A DNA stretch of 64,000 bases, taken from Deltaproteobacteria bacterium. GTDB taxonomy: Bacteria; Myxococcota_A; UBA9160; UBA4427. Of this stretch, positions 19,069-29,284 are shown piece after piece (within the stretch, counting starts at the first letter, position 1; each line of letters starts with the position of its first letter). Under the pieces are notes generated by a model. The model was given only the letters and a program-made list of their open reading frames with translations, was not told the origin of the DNA and did no database searches. The stretch spans positions 48 through 64,047 of the forward strand of contig PBFW01000053.1 of assembly GCA_002719955.1 (NCBI GenBank). The letters run 5' to 3'. Made by a program: the position numbers and the translations under genes.

Positions 19069-20877
19069 ATGAACGCCATCCTCATTACGCTCAATGTGAT
19101 CGTGCTCGCGAGCCTGGCCGCACTCGGCTCCGTATGGTCGCCCGCGCTCTTCGCATACTTGATCGTGGGGCCCTTCGCGGTCCTGAGCCTCTGGGGGGTT
19201 TCGAAGGGCGATATCTCCGCTCGGACGATCTTCGTGACGACGGCTGTCGTCGCGATCGGGGGGCTTGCGGTCGCGAGCTTCTACCGGCCGGCGGCGATGT
19301 ACGGCGTCATCCTGGTCGGCCCGATCGTGTTGCTCGGTCTCGTGGATATGCTCCAGAGGAAACGCGCGCTCCGACGCAACTTTCCGGTTATCGGCCATGT
19401 CCGCTATCTCTTCGAGACCGTTCGTCCCGAGATTCAGCAATATTTCGTCGAATCCGACATCGATGGTCGGCCCTTCAATCGTGAGGATCGCTCGCTCGTC
19501 TATCAACGCGCCAAGGGCGCCCGGGACACCCTTCCCTTTGGAACCCAGCGTGATGTCTACGAAGTAGGTTACGAGTGGATCAATCACTCGATCGTGCCCG
19601 TTATACCCACGAATTCGCGTCCCCGGGTCCTGATCGGGGAAGGGCGCTGCCAAAAGCCCTACTCGGCATCGCTCTTGAATATTTCTGCGATGAGTTTTGG
19701 TGCCCTCTCGGGCGCTGCGATCGAATCGCTCAACAAGGGGGCCAAGGAGGGCGGTTTTGCCCATAACACCGGTGAGGGTTCGATCAGTCCCCATCATCTG
19801 CATGGAGGTGATCTGATCTGGCAGATAGGCACCGGCTATTTCGGTTGCCGAAACGCCGATGGGGGCTTCGACGAGGACTCTTTCTCCGAACGCTCGCAGC
19901 TCGATCAAGTCAAGATGATCGAGATCAAGATTTCGCAGGGCGCAAAGCCCGGGCACGGCGGAATTCTTCCAGCGGCGAAGATCACGCCGGAGGTGTCGGC
20001 GATTCGCGGGGTCCCGATGGGCGCCGATGTCGTTTCTCCGCCCGGTCATGGCGCGTTCTCGACACCCATCGGATTGCTCGAATTCGTCACCAGGCTGCGG
20101 GACCTTTCCGGGGGCAAGCCCGTGGGCTTCAAGCTCTGTGTCGGAAAACAGCGGGAGTTTCTGGCGATCTGTCGGGCGATGCTCGAGACGGGCCTCGTCC
20201 CCGACTTCATCACGGTCGATGGTGGCGAGGGGGGAACCGGGGCCGCACCCTTCGAGTTCTCGAATAGTCTGGGCAGTCCGCTCATCGAGGGACTCACGTT
20301 CGTGCACAACGCGTTGGTCGGAATCGGTCTGCGCGACCAGATCAAGATCATCGCCTCCGGCAGGGTTTCGAGCGGATTCGGGATCGCACGCATGATCGCC
20401 CTGGGTGCTGACCTGTGTAATTCGGCACGCGCGATGATGATGTCGATGGGCTGTATCCAGGCCCGAAGATGTAATACCAACGACTGTCCGGTCGGGATTG
20501 CCACCCAGAATCCGGCCCTGACGGGCGGTCTGGTCGTCGAGCAGAAATATCTCCGTGTTGCGCGTTACCACGGCGAGACCGTTCACGCAGCGATCGATCT
20601 GATGGGAGCGGCGGGATTGGCGACGCCGCAGGAACTTCGTCCCTGGCATATCATTCGTCGCATCTCGCAGCTCGAGACACGTCATTATGGCGAGATCGTC
20701 GAGTTCCTGGAGCCGGGGGCTATATTGCGGGACGAATTGCCTGAGGGATTCGCGCGCGCGTGGCGGGCGGCCTCGGCGTCGAGCTTCATCTGTGCGGTGA
20801 ACCCGATCGATGTGGATGGATTTCAACCGGGCCAAACCGGGGACGGGACGCCCGCCGGAGGCGCGGGCGCCCGCTGA
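19069..20877 (+). CDS. Membrane-anchored FMN-binding glutamate synthase family protein (YerD-like)
   Basis: ISAMSFGALS, NTGEG, EIKISQGAKPGHGG, VDGGEGGTGAAP, GCIQARRCNTNDCPVGIATQ. Confidence 0.92.
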   Translation: MNAILITLNVIVLASLAALGSVWSPALFAYLIVGPFAVLSLWGVSKGDISARTIFVTTAVVAIGGLAVASFYRPAAMYGVILVGPIVLLGLVDMLQRKRALRRNFPVIGHVRYLFETVRPEIQQYFVESDIDGRPFNREDRSLVYQRAKGARDTLPFGTQRDVYEVGYEWINHSIVPVIPTNSRPRVLIGEGRCQKPYSASLLNISAMSFGALSGAAIESLNKGAKEGGFAHNTGEGSISPHHLHGGDLIWQIGTGYFGCRNADGGFDEDSFSERSQLDQVKMIEIKISQGAKPGHGGILPAAKITPEVSAIRGVPMGADVVSPPGHGAFSTPIGLLEFVTRLRDLSGGKPVGFKLCVGKQREFLAICRAMLETGLVPDFITVDGGEGGTGAAPFEFSNSLGSPLIEGLTFVHNALVGIGLRDQIKIIASGRVSSGFGIARMIALGADLCNSARAMMMSMGCIQARRCNTNDCPVGIATQNPALTGGLVVEQKYLRVARYHGETVHAAIDLMGAAGLATPQELRPWHIIRRISQLETRHYGEIVEFLEPGAILRDELPEGFARAWRAASASSFICAVNPIDVDGFQPGQTGDGTPAGGAGAR

Positions 20878-20956
20878 TCCCCATCGCTCGCCCCGGAATC
20901 GGTCGGGGGTGGCGGGGAATCAATGGCTGGAGTCGACCATCCGGCGTCGACTCGAT

Positions 20957-21457
20957 CTAGGGAAGCGGATCGAGCAGGACTTCCGTTCGATCGTGCTCGA
21001 TCACGCCCCAATCGCCCATTTCATCCGCTCCGAGTTCGCGCTCGACGACGCGCAGTCCGCCGTCGCAGAAAACGAAGCGCGTCCACACCCCGCTGTGGTC
21101 GGATTCGAATTCGATGAAACTGCCGGTTTCGACATAGGGGGCGATCGGCTCGAAGAAGCGGGCTATGGCGCGGGCGGGGAGCTCGTCCATCATGCCTTCG
21201 CGACCGATACCGCTCACACCGCCTTCGGGCGCTTCGTATACGATCAGATGTTCACCGAGCCCGATCACCGAGCGCATCGCTCCCGCGAAGGTCGAGGCGG
21301 CCGCGAGTTCGCGGTACGCGGCGGGTTTTTCATGGATGCCACGTGAGATGAAGGTCGATTCTGTTGGGAACGCTGCCTTGACGGCCGCGACGGCGGCTCG
21401 TTCGCTCGCTGCGTCCATTCGGAATTGCGCTTTTTCGATCCAGACGGCGGTTCCCAT
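20957..21457 (-). CDS. Hypothetical protein
   Basis: GGAG before ATG 21457; protein-like composition; C-terminal IAPYVETGSFIEF..WTRFVF.DG. Confidence 0.65.
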   Translation of the reverse strand: MGTAVWIEKAQFRMDAASERAAVAAVKAAFPTESTFISRGIHEKPAAYRELAAASTFAGAMRSVIGLGEHLIVYEAPEGGVSGIGREGMMDELPARAIARFFEPIAPYVETGSFIEFESDHSGVWTRFVFCDGGLRVVERELGADEMGDWGVIEHDRTEVLLDPLP

Positions 21458-21736
21458 CGATTCACTCCGATCCTGGGCCCCGGGATTCAACTCCCGAGGT
21501 GTACAAACGGGAGACTCCGCGACAAGGGCTGCGCGGGTCGGCCGGTACCGGATCCCTCGGGTCGCCGGTGTCTTGTCTTGAGCCTCGGCTCGAATTTTCT
21601 CCTGCCGTCGATCCGAGCGCAGCGGCCCACTACGATTCGGGTCGGATCGACCACGCGTTCCCATCACCCGTCGTCGGGGATTGCGGAGAGGGCCATCGAT
21701 CGTGGCCCGCCGCTCGATCCGGAGGGGAATGAAACG

Positions 21737-23113
21737 ATGCGAGTAGAACTAGATGCATTGACGAGAACGGCGCTGCCCGCGCATTGGCAGCAGGCCTTCG
21801 AGTGGACGGAACGTCGACTCGGCGGGCGGGTCATCGCGTGGGAAGCCCAGCCCCGCTGGCGTCCCGCCTGCTTCTTCGAGCTCGAGAAGGAAGACGGCGA
21901 GATTCTGCCCCTCTATTGGCGTGGCGCCCGCGGCGAATTCCATTCGAGTACCCGCCCCTTGGAGCGCGAGATGCGCGTGATTGAAGTCTTCGAGCGCAAC
22001 GGCATCACGGTTCCTCACCCGCACGGTGTCTGTGAGGATCCGCCGGGATTGCTGCTCGAAAAGATCCCCGGTCGTTTTGGCCTGGAGACCGCTGATGATG
22101 ATGCGCATCGCATCAAGGTCCTCGACGAATACCTGACGGAACTCGCGAGGATCCACACGATTCCGATCGAGGAATTCGAGGCGATTGGCTATCGCCGCCC
22201 GGAGAGTCCAGAGGTGAGCTGTCTGGGGGAAACCCTGCTTTTCGAGCGGAGCTATCGGGCGACGAAGACGAGGCCGGATCCGATGATCGAGTTCCAACTC
22301 GGTTGGTGTAAGCGCAACGTCCCGAGGGAACGCAGCGATCTGTCATTTCTCGTCTGTGACGGTGGTCAGTTCATGTTTGACGATACCCGGATGACCGGGC
22401 TGCTAGATTTCGAACTCGCCTATATCGGAGATTACGCGGCAGATATCGCCAGTCTAAGGACCCGAAACCTGACCGAGCCCATGCTGATTCCACTCGGTGA
22501 CATCATGCGTCGCTATGGCGAGATCAGCGGACGCGAGATCGACTTCAGCGTGATCGACTACCATACGATTCGATTTGCCTTGATCAACCCGCTCTCGGTC
22601 GCCGGGCAGCTGACGGATCCAGTTCCCGAGGCAAACTATGTCCAATATCTTGCCTGGTATGTCTGCTATGGCCGCTGCGGTCTCGAGGTCATGGCAGCGA
22701 CGACCGGGACCCAGCTCGATCCGCCGTCGATTCCCGATGAGCGCCCTTCGCGACGCTCTCCTGCCATCGAACAATTGACCACCCTACTCGACCCGGGGGC
22801 GGTGGGGGAGGATGGCGAGCAAGCCTATCGGCTCGACCGGATGCAGAGAATCGCTGTCTATCTCGATCGATCGGATCGTCATGGCCCCGCCCTCGAAGCC
22901 GAGGACCTCGACGACGTGGCGAAGTTGATGGGCAGGCGCCCATCGACATGGCAGGAAGCCGACGCTCAGCTCGAGGAGCTCGTCTTCGCCTCCGGGCCCG
23001 AGCGGGACGACGAATTCATCCGCTATTTCCATCGCCGACTGTCGAGGGAGGAGGCGCTTCTCTATCCCGTTCTTCGAGAGCAACAGGATCTGGAGATATC
23101 GGTTCTTTCATAG
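21737..23113 (+). CDS. Phosphotransferase (APH/kinase-like) family protein
   Basis: REMRVIEVF..VPHPHG, LARIH, GLLDFELAYIGD. Confidence 0.8.
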   Translation: MRVELDALTRTALPAHWQQAFEWTERRLGGRVIAWEAQPRWRPACFFELEKEDGEILPLYWRGARGEFHSSTRPLEREMRVIEVFERNGITVPHPHGVCEDPPGLLLEKIPGRFGLETADDDAHRIKVLDEYLTELARIHTIPIEEFEAIGYRRPESPEVSCLGETLLFERSYRATKTRPDPMIEFQLGWCKRNVPRERSDLSFLVCDGGQFMFDDTRMTGLLDFELAYIGDYAADIASLRTRNLTEPMLIPLGDIMRRYGEISGREIDFSVIDYHTIRFALINPLSVAGQLTDPVPEANYVQYLAWYVCYGRCGLEVMAATTGTQLDPPSIPDERPSRRSPAIEQLTTLLDPGAVGEDGEQAYRLDRMQRIAVYLDRSDRHGPALEAEDLDDVAKLMGRRPSTWQEADAQLEELVFASGPERDDEFIRYFHRRLSREEALLYPVLREQQDLEISVLS

Positions 23114-23212
23114 CCAATGCGACCGCTGTAGCCTTTGGTCCCACGAGGAACCCGGGTTTCCATCCGTCGATCCACTGACCCCGTTCCATGGAAGAAGGAA
23201 GTCGAAGAGAGC

Positions 23213-25600
23213 ATGCCGAACGAATCCCCCCTTTCCGGTCTTCGCGTCGTCGACCTCGCCGATGAGAAGGGTGAGCTCGCCGGTCGCATCCTGGGCGATT
23301 TCGGTGCCGAGGTCGTCCGCGTCGAAGGGCCGAGCGGCGCCCGCTCGCGAAGTCTTCCTCCCTTCGACGCCGAGGGCCGAAGCCTTTATTTCGCCTCTCG
23401 CAACTCGAATAAGCTCGGGCTGGTGCTAGATCTGGATGTCGAACTCGATCGCGATAAGCTGATCGATCTGCTCGCTCGCGCCGATGTATTGATCGAATCG
23501 GAGAAGCCCGGCCGCATGGCGGAGCTTGGGCTCGATCCGGCGGCGCTCTCGGAGCGCTTTCCCCATCTGATCGTTCTTTCGATCTCGGATTTCGGGCAGA
23601 CGGGTCCCTATCGCGACTGGGCCGCAACGGATTCGACGATGGGTGCCATCAGCGGGATGCAATTCAAGGCGGGGGTCGCGGCACGCGAGCCGCTCATCCC
23701 CCCCGCCGCCCTGTCCTATGACATCGCGGGTATCATGGGCGCCTACTCCGCCATGGTCGCCTACTACCAGCGCGAACGAACGGGTTGGGGTCAGACGATC
23801 GATCTATCCGTGCTCGAGGCGGTGGCCCAGCAGACCGATTGGTCCTTTTCCAACGGTTCGATGAACGAAGCGAAGAGCATCGACGCCCCGCAGACGCGTG
23901 TGGGCTCGGGGCCCGTTTATCCGATCTTCCCCTGCAAGGGTGGATACGTTCGATTGGTCATGATGGCGCCGCGTCAATGGCACGCGATGCGCGCGTGGCT
24001 GGGCGAGCCCGACTATCTCCAGGATCCGATCTACGATTCCTTCCTCGGGCGAATGCAGATTCTCGATGCGTTGGCTGTTGTGATCGGCGATCTCTTCGAG
24101 ACGATGACCCACGAAGAGGTCTCCTTCGAAGCCCAGAAGCGCGGCATCGTCTGCACTCCGGTTCTCGCGCCGAACGAGGTCATCGACAACGACCACTTCA
24201 AGTCGCGCGGGACCTTCGTCGACGCGGAATACGCCCCGGGTGCATCCGGCCCGATCGCCTCCGGTTTCTTCGAACTCGATCGCGAACGGATGGGCTATCG
24301 CATGCGGCCACCCGCCCTCGGGGAACACGCGAGTCGGATCGAAGCCGATTTCTGGTCGGATCCGCGTCCCGCACCCCTGGGCGCTCGCCCGGACCCCTCG
24401 CGTCCCTTCGAAGGATTGCGGGTTCTTGATTTCGGAATCGGTGGTGTGGGTGTCGAGGCGGCTCGTTTCTTTGCGGATTACGGAGCCGATGTGATCAAGA
24501 TAGAGAGTCGGACCTATCCCGACTTTATTCGTGTGGTGATGTCGACGGAGATGAGTGGTTCCTTCGCTTCCTCGAATCGCTCGAAACGTGGATTCGGTGT
24601 CAATCTCAAGACGCCGGAAGGGGTGGCGCTGCTACACGAACTCGCCAAGCAGAGCGACGTCGTGACCGAGAATGGTTCGACCGGAATGATGAGCGCGATG
24701 GGTGTGGGCTACGAAGAGCTTTCGACAACGAATCCCGAGATCATCCTGGCGAGTAGCCAGCTCCTAGGCGATCACGGCGTCTGGTCGAATTGGATCGGCT
24801 ATGGCCCCAGCACCCAGCCCATCGGCGGACTCGTCTACCTTTGGGACTATCCCGAAGAGGGGCTGCCGGCGGGGGGGACCTCGATTTTTCCGGATCATCT
24901 AGCGGGGCGCCTGCTCTCGATCACGGCGCTCGCGGGCCTCATTCGGCGGCTTCGGACCGGCAAAGGAGGGCACGCCTCCGTCGCTCAGGCCGAGGGCGTG
25001 GTGAATATGCTCGGCACCCAGATGCTCAAGGCGGGGCTCGATCCGGGCAGCGTTCAGCCGCGTGGGAACCGAAACGAACGCGGCGCGCCCTGGGGTTCCT
25101 ATCCCTGTGCTGGCGAGGATCAGTGGGTCGCGATCACGGTGCGAGACGACCTGGATTGGAAGCGGCTCTGCGCTGCGCTCGGAGAACCCGAGTGGGCTCA
25201 GGCCGAGCAATACTCGACCACTGAAGGTCGTTTCGCCGCCCACGACGAAATCGATCAGAAGCTGATCGAGTGGACCCGGAGCACAGCCAAGCGAACTGTG
25301 ACGGCGACATTGCAGATGTTCGGTGTGCCCGCGGCGCCGATGTATACGGCCTCGGATCAGCTTGCTGATCCCCATTTCCAGGTGCGGGGTTTTCCGCGTT
25401 GGGTCGACCAGCAGGGGTTGGGATGGATGGCTTTCGAGGGGCCCGCTTTCCATACGACCGGCATGCAGGACATCACGCTCTTCGAAGCCCCACTCATCGG
25501 TGAGCATACCCGGGAGATCGCGAGTGGCGTGATGGATCTCGATGAGAAGGCGATCGAAGAACTGATCGCCGAGGGTATTCTAGAGGTGACCGAGGACTAG
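23213..25600 (+). CDS. Fused two-domain CoA-transferase family III protein
   Basis: Two CaiB-like units (PLSGLRVVDL..GAEVVRVE; PFEGLRVLDF..GADVIKIES..NRSKR). Confidence 0.92.
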   Translation: MPNESPLSGLRVVDLADEKGELAGRILGDFGAEVVRVEGPSGARSRSLPPFDAEGRSLYFASRNSNKLGLVLDLDVELDRDKLIDLLARADVLIESEKPGRMAELGLDPAALSERFPHLIVLSISDFGQTGPYRDWAATDSTMGAISGMQFKAGVAAREPLIPPAALSYDIAGIMGAYSAMVAYYQRERTGWGQTIDLSVLEAVAQQTDWSFSNGSMNEAKSIDAPQTRVGSGPVYPIFPCKGGYVRLVMMAPRQWHAMRAWLGEPDYLQDPIYDSFLGRMQILDALAVVIGDLFETMTHEEVSFEAQKRGIVCTPVLAPNEVIDNDHFKSRGTFVDAEYAPGASGPIASGFFELDRERMGYRMRPPALGEHASRIEADFWSDPRPAPLGARPDPSRPFEGLRVLDFGIGGVGVEAARFFADYGADVIKIESRTYPDFIRVVMSTEMSGSFASSNRSKRGFGVNLKTPEGVALLHELAKQSDVVTENGSTGMMSAMGVGYEELSTTNPEIILASSQLLGDHGVWSNWIGYGPSTQPIGGLVYLWDYPEEGLPAGGTSIFPDHLAGRLLSITALAGLIRRLRTGKGGHASVAQAEGVVNMLGTQMLKAGLDPGSVQPRGNRNERGAPWGSYPCAGEDQWVAITVRDDLDWKRLCAALGEPEWAQAEQYSTTEGRFAAHDEIDQKLIEWTRSTAKRTVTATLQMFGVPAAPMYTASDQLADPHFQVRGFPRWVDQQGLGWMAFEGPAFHTTGMQDITLFEAPLIGEHTREIASGVMDLDEKAIEELIAEGILEVTED

Positions 25601-25625
25601 CCATTCGCGCCTGGTCCTAAAGCGG

Positions 25626-26414
25626 TCAAATTCCGGCGAGATCCAGATCCAGGTTCGCGCTCGTGATGCCACCGTGGATATCCATGACGGACCCCGTGAC
25701 GTAGCCGCTGGCCGGCGACGCCAGGTAGAGAGCGCCGAGGGCGATATCCTCCGGTTCGCCGAGTCGCTTGAGCGGCGTCGCGTCGACCATCGCCTTGTGA
25801 ACGGTCTTGTTCGTCAGCACGGTCTCGAGTGCAGAAGTCGCTGTGGAACCGACCGCGATCGCGTTGACACGGATCTTTGGCGCGAGATCTTCGGCTAGCA
25901 ATTTCGTGAAATGGGTCATTGCGGCCTTCGCCGTTCCGTAGGCGGTGAAGCCCTTGCCGGTCATCTGGCCGATCGAGGATGAAATATTCACGATCGCTCC
26001 GCCACGCTCGGCCATATGCGGCACCGCCGCCTTCGAGAGCGAGAAGGCCGTCGTCACGTTAAAATGGAAGGCACCCGCGAATTCCTTTTCGGTCGTTTTC
26101 AGAAAATCCTTGGGCATCGATCCGCCGACATTATTGATGACGATATCGATGCGGCCGAACTCATCGGCCGCTCGCTGGGTGAAAATTTCGAGGTTTTCGG
26201 TCTTCGCGGCGTTGCATTGCACGACGAGGGCACGACGGCCGAGCTTGCGAATTTCTTCGGCGACCGCTTCGAGTTCCTCGACACTGCGCGCGGCCAGCGC
26301 GACATCGGCGCCATTCTCCGCGAGGGCGAGGGCGGTGGCGCGGCCGATGCCGCGGCCCGCGCCGGTCACGAGGGCTACTTGATCATCGATTCGGAAGCGG
26401 TCGAGAATGGGCAT
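25626..26414 (-). CDS. SDR oxidoreductase (7-alpha-hydroxysteroid dehydrogenase-like)
   Basis: TGAGRGIG, NNVGG, YGTAK, LAPKIRVNAI. Confidence 0.9.
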   Translation of the reverse strand: MPILDRFRIDDQVALVTGAGRGIGRATALALAENGADVALAARSVEELEAVAEEIRKLGRRALVVQCNAAKTENLEIFTQRAADEFGRIDIVINNVGGSMPKDFLKTTEKEFAGAFHFNVTTAFSLSKAAVPHMAERGGAIVNISSSIGQMTGKGFTAYGTAKAAMTHFTKLLAEDLAPKIRVNAIAVGSTATSALETVLTNKTVHKAMVDATPLKRLGEPEDIALGALYLASPASGYVTGSVMDIHGGITSANLDLDLAGI

Positions 26415-26572
26415 GGCGCCAGTCTAGCGCCGCGGATGGGGGCTGCAGCCGAGTGTCGATTCCGACGGGCAGCGGGCGGGCGCGCGGCTAGACTCGATCC
26501 ACCGGCCGATGGAGCCCGGGCGGAGAAGCCCGGACCCTGCCTCGGGACGGCGAGCGAATGAGGGAGATCTTC

Positions 26573-27430
26573 ATGGACGATTTCAAGGGCCGCGTCGCGG
26601 TCGTGACCGGTGCCGCGAGCGGGATCGGCCTGGGTGTGGCCGAGCGATTTCTGAAAGAGGGCATGAAGGTCGTTTTGGCCGACGTCGAGAAGGGGAGCCT
26701 GGACAGGGAGATTGCTCGTCTCTCAGGGGCAGGCGGCGATGTGCTCGGCGTCGTGTGTGACGTGCGTGATCCCGAATCCGTGAAGGATCTCGCGGCTCGA
26801 ACGCTCTCGCATTTTGGCGGTGTACACGTGCTCTTCAACAATGCCGGTGTCGCGCCGGCGGGGCCGATGCTCGAGACGACACCCGAGGATTGGCGGTGGA
26901 TCGTCGAGGTCAATCTTCTCGGGGTGGCCTACGGTGTGACGACCTTCGGCCCGATCATGAAAGAGGCTGGCGAGGGGCATATCATCAATACCGCTTCGGA
27001 AGCCGGGCATGTCTCGAGCGCTGTGCTCGGGATGTATACCGCGACGAAGCATGCGGTCGTCGGTCTTTCCGAGTCGCTCTTTCGCGAACTCGAGGGGACG
27101 GGGGTGAGTGTCCATTGCCTGTGCCCGAATCTGGTCAAGACCGAGATCTTCAATTCTGAACGCAACCGCGACGACGGTGTGGAGATGACTGCCTCTCAGA
27201 CCGCGACGATCGCACCGCTTCGCGAAGCGATCACGGCGATGGGGATCACGCCGACCCAGGTCGCTGGTGACATCCTCGACGCAATGCGGGCTGATCGGTT
27301 CTGGATCTTCACCCATGACCTGACCAAACAAGCGCTCGGCATCCGAGCCATGGACATCGAAGCCGGAAGAAATCCGACCAATCCCTATGTGGGGATCGGG
27401 AGGCTCGACGAGTTCGCTTCGCTGAAGTGA
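26573..27430 (+). CDS. SDR family NAD(P)-dependent oxidoreductase
   Basis: TGAASGIG, FNNAGV, YTATK. Confidence 0.92.
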   Translation: MDDFKGRVAVVTGAASGIGLGVAERFLKEGMKVVLADVEKGSLDREIARLSGAGGDVLGVVCDVRDPESVKDLAARTLSHFGGVHVLFNNAGVAPAGPMLETTPEDWRWIVEVNLLGVAYGVTTFGPIMKEAGEGHIINTASEAGHVSSAVLGMYTATKHAVVGLSESLFRELEGTGVSVHCLCPNLVKTEIFNSERNRDDGVEMTASQTATIAPLREAITAMGITPTQVAGDILDAMRADRFWIFTHDLTKQALGIRAMDIEAGRNPTNPYVGIGRLDEFASLK

Positions 27431-27572
27431 TGCGAATACGGAGCCTCCCGGTTGACTCCCTTCATCGAGTCTTGCCAGCCGAATGGGGTCGAGATCGAGG
27501 CCTTCCCTCGCCTCCGGTTGTGGCAGTATCCGTCCGCCCGAAGTGGCCTTGTTGCCCTAGAACGGAGGCGAG

Positions 27573-29234
27573 TTGATTGTGACGATGCGCGACCTTCTCT
27601 TGGCGCGGGCGGAGGACGACTCCCCGGCGCTTTTCTTCGAAGATCAAGAGTGGACTTGGCGGGAGGTCGTGCAGGCCTGTTGTGAGCGTGCCGAGGCCTT
27701 GATCGCCTGGCGCGGCGACATCCCCTCCAATGCGAGCCCCCCTTTTCACGTCGGCGTATTGCTCGAGAACGTGCCCGAGTATCTATTCCTGAGCGGAGCC
27801 GCTGTCCTCGCCGGCGCGACACTCGTCGGAATCAACCCGACCAGACGTGGCGCCGGCCTCGAGCGTGATATCCGTCATACCGATTGCCAGATCCTGATCA
27901 CCGAGGATCGACACGCGGATCTGCTCGAAGGTCTGGTCCTCGACGTTCCGGAGAACCGTCGCTTCGACATCGCGAGCTCCTTCTGGAAGGAATCAATCGC
28001 TGCGTTCGCGGGCGCGGGCGCACCCGACATCGAGCCCGACCCGGACGCGGTCTATATGTTGATCTTTACATCAGGCACGACCGGAGAGCCCAAAGCGGCG
28101 CTTTGTTCTTCTGCTCGAACGGCGATGGCTGGGAAGATGCTCAGCCAGATGCGTGGACTGAGTGCCTCCGATCGCGGCTATCTCGTGATGCCGCTTTTTC
28201 ATTCGAATGCACATATGGCCGGTGTCGCGCCGATCATGGCGGTGGGCGGATCCTGGGCGATTCGCCGCAAATTCTCGGCATCGGGATTTCTGCCCGATGT
28301 GCGGCGCTACGGCGTCACCTATTTCAATTATGTCGGCAAGCCACTGACCTATATCCTTGCGACCCAGGTCAAGGCCGATGATGCAGATAATCCGCTGCAC
28401 ACGGCATTCGGGAACGAGGGTGCGGAACACGATCTTGCTCGCTTTGCCGACCGTTTCGGATGTGAGGTCGTCGACTCCTACGGTTCGACCGAGGGCGGGA
28501 TCGCCATCGGTCGAACACCCGATACGCCGGTCGGATCGCTCGGTGTCGCTCCTCCTGGGACGCTCATACTCGATCCGGAGACGCGCGAGGAATGTGTGCG
28601 CGCGCGTTTCGGAGAGAATGGACGATTGCTGAATTCAGATGAAGCAATCGGCGAAATCGTCAGCACCCAGAGTGCTCGGCAATTCGAGGGCTATTGGCGA
28701 AACGATGAAGCGAACGAAGAGCGGACCCGCGACGGGATCTACTGGAGCGGGGATCTCGGCTATCGCGACGATGATGGTTTCTTCTTTTTTGCGGGGCGCA
28801 ATATGGACTGGTTGCGTGTCGACGGTGAGAATATCGCCGCTGGCCCGATCGAGCGGATTCTTTGCCGAAATGCGGACGTCGCGTTGGCCGCGGTCTATGC
28901 TGTGCCGAATGCGGACGTCGGGGACGATTGCATGGCTTCGCTGATCTTGCGAAGCGGTCTCGACTTCGACGCAGAGGCGTTTGGGCATTTTCTGACTCAG
29001 CAATCGGATCTCGGGACCAAAATGGCGCCACGCTATATCAGGGTGGCGAAGGAGCTTCCCTCGACCGAGACGAACAAGATCCTGAAGCGCGTTCTGAGAG
29101 ACGAAGCGTGGGAGTGTACGGATCCGGTCTGGCTGCGTGATGGTGACACCTATCGTCGCCTGATGGACGAGGACATGAATTCGATCCGATCCGCCTTCGA
29201 AGCGCGTGGCAGGATAGGCGAACTCGACCGTTAG
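27573..29234 (+). CDS. Acyl-CoA synthetase (FadD17/FadD1-like)
   Basis: GINPTRRG, FTSGTTGEPK, NYVGKPL, FGNEG, YGSTEGG, WLRVDGEN. Confidence 0.9.
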   Translation: MIVTMRDLLLARAEDDSPALFFEDQEWTWREVVQACCERAEALIAWRGDIPSNASPPFHVGVLLENVPEYLFLSGAAVLAGATLVGINPTRRGAGLERDIRHTDCQILITEDRHADLLEGLVLDVPENRRFDIASSFWKESIAAFAGAGAPDIEPDPDAVYMLIFTSGTTGEPKAALCSSARTAMAGKMLSQMRGLSASDRGYLVMPLFHSNAHMAGVAPIMAVGGSWAIRRKFSASGFLPDVRRYGVTYFNYVGKPLTYILATQVKADDADNPLHTAFGNEGAEHDLARFADRFGCEVVDSYGSTEGGIAIGRTPDTPVGSLGVAPPGTLILDPETREECVRARFGENGRLLNSDEAIGEIVSTQSARQFEGYWRNDEANEERTRDGIYWSGDLGYRDDDGFFFFAGRNMDWLRVDGENIAAGPIERILCRNADVALAAVYAVPNADVGDDCMASLILRSGLDFDAEAFGHFLTQQSDLGTKMAPRYIRVAKELPSTETNKILKRVLRDEAWECTDPVWLRDGDTYRRLMDEDMNSIRSAFEARGRIGELDR

Positions 29235-29284
29235 GCGATCCGGAGAATTGCCCTTCGAATCGATCGCTCAGGGTGTCGTCGGTC

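Noticed and set aside
18931-20835. Very long antisense ORFs (also 9215..10342, 46490..47659, 56355..57440)
   Set aside because: Mirror frames of well-supported genes, expected with GC-rich codon usage
29230-29236. GTTAGGC, an attC core-like site near the Sul-like gene
   Set aside because: It is only the CGT-TAG end of the ligase gene; there is no inverse core, cassette array or integrase
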